IMG/VR virus record: IMGVR_UViG_3300042559_001222
Span: 1 to 60,181 of that record
Direction: 5' to 3' (one strand)
DNA length: 60,181 nt
Origin: a virus
Lineage: Duplodnaviria; Caudoviricetes
Shown here: positions 56,037 to 60,181 of the stretch, piece after piece
How positions within the stretch are numbered: the stretch's first letter is position 1
Layout: each line of letters begins with the position of its first letter
Made by a program: the position numbers and the translations under genes
Notes under the pieces: model-generated
What the model was told of the DNA's origin: nothing
Database searches by the model: none
Seen by the model: only the letters and a program-made list of their open reading frames with translations

Positions 56037-56810
56037 TCAGAACGGTGCTGCTTCGCTGCCTTCCATAATGTCATCAGCAGCGTGTTTCACCTTTACGTCA
56101 CCAGCACTAATGCTCTGGGAGAAACCCTTTGCAGCGAGGTACAGGTCAGGATTCTCAATCGCGCCGATACGCTCGACTTCCCAACCAAACCACTTACCTT
56201 TGTCGTTGGACTCTGCCTGAGTGGTCAAGCGATAGAGTTGCGAAAACATCGGTGGTGTGTAAGGGCCGTTCTTACCTACCATCTTGGCTGACATCATCAT
56301 GCTATTCCACTTACGCGACTTCTTTAACTGCGTAGACTTCATGGTGATCAACGCAGGTTCGGGAATATCATCTTCACCGACAATCATCACGTAATGATTG
56401 GCAGTGTTTTCAATGTAGTTACCGTTGTCGAGATAATCTTTACTATCGCCCGGTTCCCGGTGCGTTCTGCTAAGAATATCGCTCGTTGCGGGATGGATAG
56501 AGATCGGTGCGCCCGATCCCGAGCCGCGTGGTGCCCATTCAATGTACTGCCTAATGTAAGCGCAGGGGATAACGGTAATGCCTTTTTTGCCATCGTAAAG
56601 CTGTCCTGTTACTGTGTTGTAAATCATGCCCGGCATAGCACCTTCTACTTCGCCGACTTCTGGGCTAGTGTTTGTCAACAGACGCAGGAAGGGCAATGCA
56701 AAATCTTCCTGACCCATATTGTCAAAGCCACCAGCGGCTGCATCATCCTCAAAGGACATTGCAACGGTCAATGCATTTTCTTTCTTTGTTGCGATTTCGG
56801 TCTTAGCCAT
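56037..56810 (-). CDS. Single-stranded DNA-binding / annealing protein (putative)
   Basis: D.ALPFL, Y.EW.PR, MKSTQLKKSRKWNS, N.KG.W.GW; acidic tail ending PF. Confidence 0.65.
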   Translation of the reverse strand: MAKTEIATKKENALTVAMSFEDDAAAGGFDNMGQEDFALPFLRLLTNTSPEVGEVEGAMPGMIYNTVTGQLYDGKKGITVIPCAYIRQYIEWAPRGSGSGAPISIHPATSDILSRTHREPGDSKDYLDNGNYIENTANHYVMIVGEDDIPEPALITMKSTQLKKSRKWNSMMMSAKMVGKNGPYTPPMFSQLYRLTTQAESNDKGKWFGWEVERIGAIENPDLYLAAKGFSQSISAGDVKVKHAADDIMEGSEAAPF

Positions 56811-56830
56811 GATTCTTGCTCCTCGGTTCG

Positions 56831-57388
56831 TTAAGCGGATTTAATTGTCGCCTTGTGGCCTGTAAACAGACCAAAGGTTTCGGTAGGGAACTCAACGCCG
56901 CGTTCCACCATTTCTTTCGCCCATGCCTTCAGCGTTTGAGGCTCAATCTTCTCCGTTTGCTCGACAGGATAGCTTTGCTCACGAAGTTGGTTGATCAGTG
57001 TCTCGCACAGCTTGTCCTCATTGCGGCCAAATCGTACAGAGACGGTGTTCTTGATAATGTCATCGTAGCCATTCTTGCGAAGCCACTCGTAGGCAACGGC
57101 ACGATTTTCTTCCTTGATGCTGGCACCATAGAACGGTTTGATCTCAATGGTGCTGCCATCGGCCATGGTGAACTTCTTCATACCAAGTTCTTGCAGCATG
57201 GCAGGAATAGATTCCTCCAAGAGTTTGCGTTGCTGGTCCTTACGCTCTTTCAGGACCGACTCAATCTCTTCGATTTCTTTTTCCAACTGCTTTGCACGTT
57301 TGGCCAAAGCACCTACAGAAGACAAGTCTTCATTCTTGACCTGCAATGCACCTGCGTCCTCTTCAAAGAGGGCATTCATATCACTCAT
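56831..57388 (-). CDS. Conserved replication-module protein
   Basis: IP..L.ELG, WLR.NG..DIIKN, IEPQTLKAW. Confidence 0.75.
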   Translation of the reverse strand: MSDMNALFEEDAGALQVKNEDLSSVGALAKRAKQLEKEIEEIESVLKERKDQQRKLLEESIPAMLQELGMKKFTMADGSTIEIKPFYGASIKEENRAVAYEWLRKNGYDDIIKNTVSVRFGRNEDKLCETLINQLREQSYPVEQTEKIEPQTLKAWAKEMVERGVEFPTETFGLFTGHKATIKSA

Positions 57389-57710
57389 CACTTTCTCCTC
57401 TCTCAGTTACATCAATACGAACGGGGATATAAATATACTCCCGTCTGTCCCATTTTAGCGCCGTGTAGCGACCACCGTTATTGAAAGATGCTATCGCACA
57501 AGCCAATCCGATAGCAACAGGGTCACCAGTTAATAAAAGATAATCATCATCACCAAAGTCCATCAGCTTCCTCCGCATCCGGCGTACTGACGGAGTGGTA
57601 GAAAAAGCAATCTGGGCGTTTGACGGCAGAATGATTTCAATTTTCCCAAACTTCATGGCAGGTGAAATGTCATGGTTGGGCATCTCTTGAACGACAAAAA
57701 CTCTATTCAC
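57381..57710 (-). CDS. Hypothetical protein
   Basis: VFVVQE, DYLLLTGDP, LKWDR. Confidence 0.75.
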   Translation of the reverse strand: MNRVFVVQEMPNHDISPAMKFGKIEIILPSNAQIAFSTTPSVRRMRRKLMDFGDDDYLLLTGDPVAIGLACAIASFNNGGRYTALKWDRREYIYIPVRIDVTERGESDE

Positions 57711-57740
57711 GTTTCTTTCTCCTTTCTTTAAACGTACGTC

Positions 57741-57769
57741 TAGTGTACACTACCCGAACAGGTTGTCAA
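57741..57769. promoter_or_regulatory. Divergent promoter region with palindrome TAGTGTACACTA
   Basis: Minus strand TTGACA-N16-TACACT; the palindrome offers TACACT on both strands. Confidence 0.55.
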
Positions 57770-57796
57770 GTGACCTGCACATAGAAAGGATAAAAG

Positions 57797-59248
57797 ATGG
57801 ATTATTTCATAGAGAAATACCCATTCAAGAACAAACCGTTTGTCCACCAAGCCGCGTATTTGCAGCGGTTCTGGCAGTACCCGACATCGGCCTTGTTTGC
57901 GGAGATGGGCACAGGCAAGAGCTTCATGATCATCAACAATGCAGCGATGCTCTATGACAAGGGCAAGATCAATGCAATGCTGATTGTGGCCCCCAAGGGG
58001 GTGTACCGGAACTGGTACAGGTCCGAGATACCCAAGCATATGCCAGAGCACATCAGCTACAAGATGGCGTGCTGGAACCCTACGCCCCGCAAAGCAGAGA
58101 AGATGGAAATGGATGTCATGTTCAATGCGGTGGACGATCTGCGCATCCTGATCATGAACATCGAAGCATTCAGCACGGAGAAGGGCCAGCAGTTCGCAAA
58201 GATATTCCTGCGGGTGACTGATGCGTTTATGGCCATTGATGAGTCCACCACCATCAAGACGCCGACTGCCAAGCGGACTAAAGCGATTGTCAAGATTGGC
58301 AAAGATGCGCGGTACAGGCGTATTGCCACAGGCTCCCCGGTCACCAAGAGCCCGCTGGACCTGTACTCCCAGTGCGACTTTCTGGGCGAAGACTGCCTGA
58401 ACTACAACAGCTACTACGCTTTCCAAGCCCGGTACGCGGTCCTCGTCGAACGCAAGATGCCTACCCACACGTTCAAGCAGGTGGTGGGCTACCGGCACTT
58501 GGACGAGTTGAAGGACAAGCTGGACAGGTTCGCGTTCCGCGTCACCAAGGACGAGTGCCTTGACCTGCCGGACAAGATTTACCTGCGCCGGGATGTGGAC
58601 CTGACCACAGAGCAAAAGAAAGCCTATGAGCAGATGAAGCTGATGGCGCTCTCTGTCTTGGATGAAGGGCTGGTCAGCACCAACAACGCTTTGACGCAGT
58701 TGATGCGTCTCCACCAGATCGTCTGCGGCTACGTCAAGTTGGACGATGGTCAAGAGATTGAACTACCAAATAACCGTATGTCCGAGCTCATGGACCTGCT
58801 GGCCGAGTCTGACGGCAAGGTGATCATCTGGGCGAACTACCGCAAGAACATCCAAGATATCAAGCTGGCAATCCAAAAGGAATACGGCATGACTTCAGTG
58901 GCCACGTACTACGGGGACACTGCTGCGGAAGATAGGCAGGACATTGTGGATAAGTTCTCCGATCCAAAAAGTGAGTTACGCTTTTTTGTGGGGAATCCGA
59001 CTACCGGCGGCTACGGTCTGACCCTAGTTTCTTCACATACCGTGGTGTACTACAGCAATAGCTTTGACTTGGAGAAGCGATTGCAGTCCGAGGACCGGGC
59101 TCACCGGATCGGGCAAACGGAGAAGGTCACCTACATCGATTTGATTGCCACCAATACGGTGGACGAGCATATCGTCAAGGCGCTTCGCAATAAGATCAAT
59201 ATCGCCTCGGCTGTGCTGGGCGAAGAAATTAAAGGATGGCTCATCTGA
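57797..59248 (+). CDS. SNF2-like SF2 helicase
   Basis: EMGTGKS, IDES, ATGSP, GYGLTL, QSEDRAHRIGQ. Confidence 0.92.
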   Translation: MDYFIEKYPFKNKPFVHQAAYLQRFWQYPTSALFAEMGTGKSFMIINNAAMLYDKGKINAMLIVAPKGVYRNWYRSEIPKHMPEHISYKMACWNPTPRKAEKMEMDVMFNAVDDLRILIMNIEAFSTEKGQQFAKIFLRVTDAFMAIDESTTIKTPTAKRTKAIVKIGKDARYRRIATGSPVTKSPLDLYSQCDFLGEDCLNYNSYYAFQARYAVLVERKMPTHTFKQVVGYRHLDELKDKLDRFAFRVTKDECLDLPDKIYLRRDVDLTTEQKKAYEQMKLMALSVLDEGLVSTNNALTQLMRLHQIVCGYVKLDDGQEIELPNNRMSELMDLLAESDGKVIIWANYRKNIQDIKLAIQKEYGMTSVATYYGDTAAEDRQDIVDKFSDPKSELRFFVGNPTTGGYGLTLVSSHTVVYYSNSFDLEKRLQSEDRAHRIGQTEKVTYIDLIATNTVDEHIVKALRNKINIASAVLGEEIKGWLI

Positions 59249-59946
59249 TGCAACTCATACCCATACGCAAGAAGTTCAAGTACGAAAAGCTGGAGCGCAT
59301 TGACAGCGAAACTGGCCGTCGATACAAGGGCGAGAATACGATTGCGCTGCCCAGCGTCACTACGATACTGAGTGCCACAAAGGATGCCACCTTTCTGAAG
59401 GAATGGGAGGACCGTGTAGGCAAGGAAGCGGCGGAAAAGATTCGCAATGATGCTGCCTCTGTTGGCACTCACATGCACAGTGTCATCGAACGATTACTCC
59501 TGAACCGCGGGCTGGAGCCACCACGTACGTGGTTGCAAGTCAAGGGCTACGAAATGGGGTACAGGCTGCTGGAAGCCTTCTTCCCCAATGTCTACGAGGT
59601 ATGGGGCTCAGAAGTTCCCCTGTACTACCCTGACCGCTATGCCGGGACAACGGACTGCATTGCCGTGTACAAGGGCCAGCCCTCCATCCTAGACTTCAAG
59701 CAAGCCAATCGGATGAAGAAGCGGGAGTGGATTGAGGATTACTTTGTTCAGTTGGCCGCGTATGCCGCTGCACACAACAAGGTCCACGGCACCACCATCG
59801 ATCACGGGGTGATCCTGATGGTGGCGCAGAACGGCGAAGTGCAAGAGTTCGTGACCTGTGGCCGGGAGTTTCAGGGCTATCAGGACGAGTGGATGCGCCG
59901 TGTAGAGCAGTACGAAAAAAGAGAGCCTACGGACGAAAGCACATAG
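59248..59946 (+). CDS. PD-(D/E)XK exonuclease
   Basis: PSVTTILS, GT.MH..IE, YAGTTDC, DFK, YFVQLAAY; start 59248 or 59236. Confidence 0.88.
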   Translation: MQLIPIRKKFKYEKLERIDSETGRRYKGENTIALPSVTTILSATKDATFLKEWEDRVGKEAAEKIRNDAASVGTHMHSVIERLLLNRGLEPPRTWLQVKGYEMGYRLLEAFFPNVYEVWGSEVPLYYPDRYAGTTDCIAVYKGQPSILDFKQANRMKKREWIEDYFVQLAAYAAAHNKVHGTTIDHGVILMVAQNGEVQEFVTCGREFQGYQDEWMRRVEQYEKREPTDEST

Positions 59947-59952
59947 GCCCTA

Positions 59953-60000
59953 AAAAGCCGCTAATACGTCGTTGGAGGGCGACGGGGGTATATTAGCGGC
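59953..60000 (-). terminator. Compound hairpin between convergent genes
   Basis: gccgctaata/tattagcggc stem with inner cgtcg/cgacg stem; T-tract on minus strand. Confidence 0.55.
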
Positions 60001-60009
60001 CCAGCAAAC

Positions 60010-60104
60010 TCACTTTTTCCGTGCCTTAGTCGTTGTTTTCTTTTTAACGGCTCCGCCTTTTTTAAACATCGAGGCTCTAGGCATCGCCCCTAGTGCTGTT
60101 CCGA
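60010..60104 (-). CDS. 3' part of the origin-spanning 167-aa protein
   Basis: In-frame continuation of 409-1 ending FKKGGAVKKKTTTKARKK-stop. Confidence 0.8.
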
Positions 60105-60181
60105 CCAAAGAAGCGACCCCTTTTGGGCGCGGAGTAGTAGGTGACCCAGTTCCAATGTCCTTTACAGGAACGGAACTGGGC

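Noticed and set aside
31776-58953. Perfect DnaA boxes at 31776-31784, 49769-49777 and 58945-58953
   Set aside because: They are dispersed, all inside genes and not clustered at the origin candidate. About 0.5 are expected by chance, so the excess is weak.
60105-60181. 77-bp terminal repeat as a biological direct terminal repeat
   Set aside because: The length equals a common assembler k-mer and it falls inside a gene, so it is best read as circular-assembly overlap.
1-60181. tRNA genes, integrase/att or dif site, introns/inteins, stop-codon reassignment
   Set aside because: None recognised by eye, and core genes are intact and densely packed in the standard code. tRNAscan and HMM searches would be needed to exclude them formally.

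Overview
The window is an apparently complete, circularly assembled tailed-phage genome of about 60.1 kb. The last 77 nt repeat the first 77 nt, and a 167-aa ORF reads through the join. It looks like a podovirus-type phage of a Gram-negative host; small-gene motifs hint at a Betaproteobacterium, which is inference. The minus strand from 39.4 kb down to 1 carries TerL, a 1448-aa multi-enzyme protein, portal, GroES, scaffold, a Mu-gpT-like major capsid, small basic proteins, adaptor/tail genes, holin plus GH108 endolysin, an S74-type fibre, nozzle, four ejection-type proteins and two paralogous six-repeat adhesin-like proteins. 39.6-44 kb holds promoter/hairpin/leader cassettes, DUF932, a nuclease and TerS. 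44.1-44.3 kb is an origin-like inverted repeat, and 44.5-49.3 kb is a mosaic array of small genes. 49.3-59.9 kb is the replication module: PolA, UvrD-like helicase, a ligase-like/nucleotidyltransferase fusion, AEP primase, SSB-like protein, SNF2 helicase and exonuclease. I recognised no integrase, ParA/ParB, reverse transcriptase, tRNA or CRISPR array. The most notable signals are: two near-perfect chromosomal parS sites in a genome with no parAB; a modular cargo protein (SGNH esterase, lambda-type transglycosylase, ART, PcfJ-like) punctuated by xxGG motifs shared across many virion proteins; a KxDG-ligase/HxGH-nucleotidyltransferase fusion inside the replisome operon; and two structured intergenic RNA candidates. 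All family calls come from motif recognition by eye, not from database searches.
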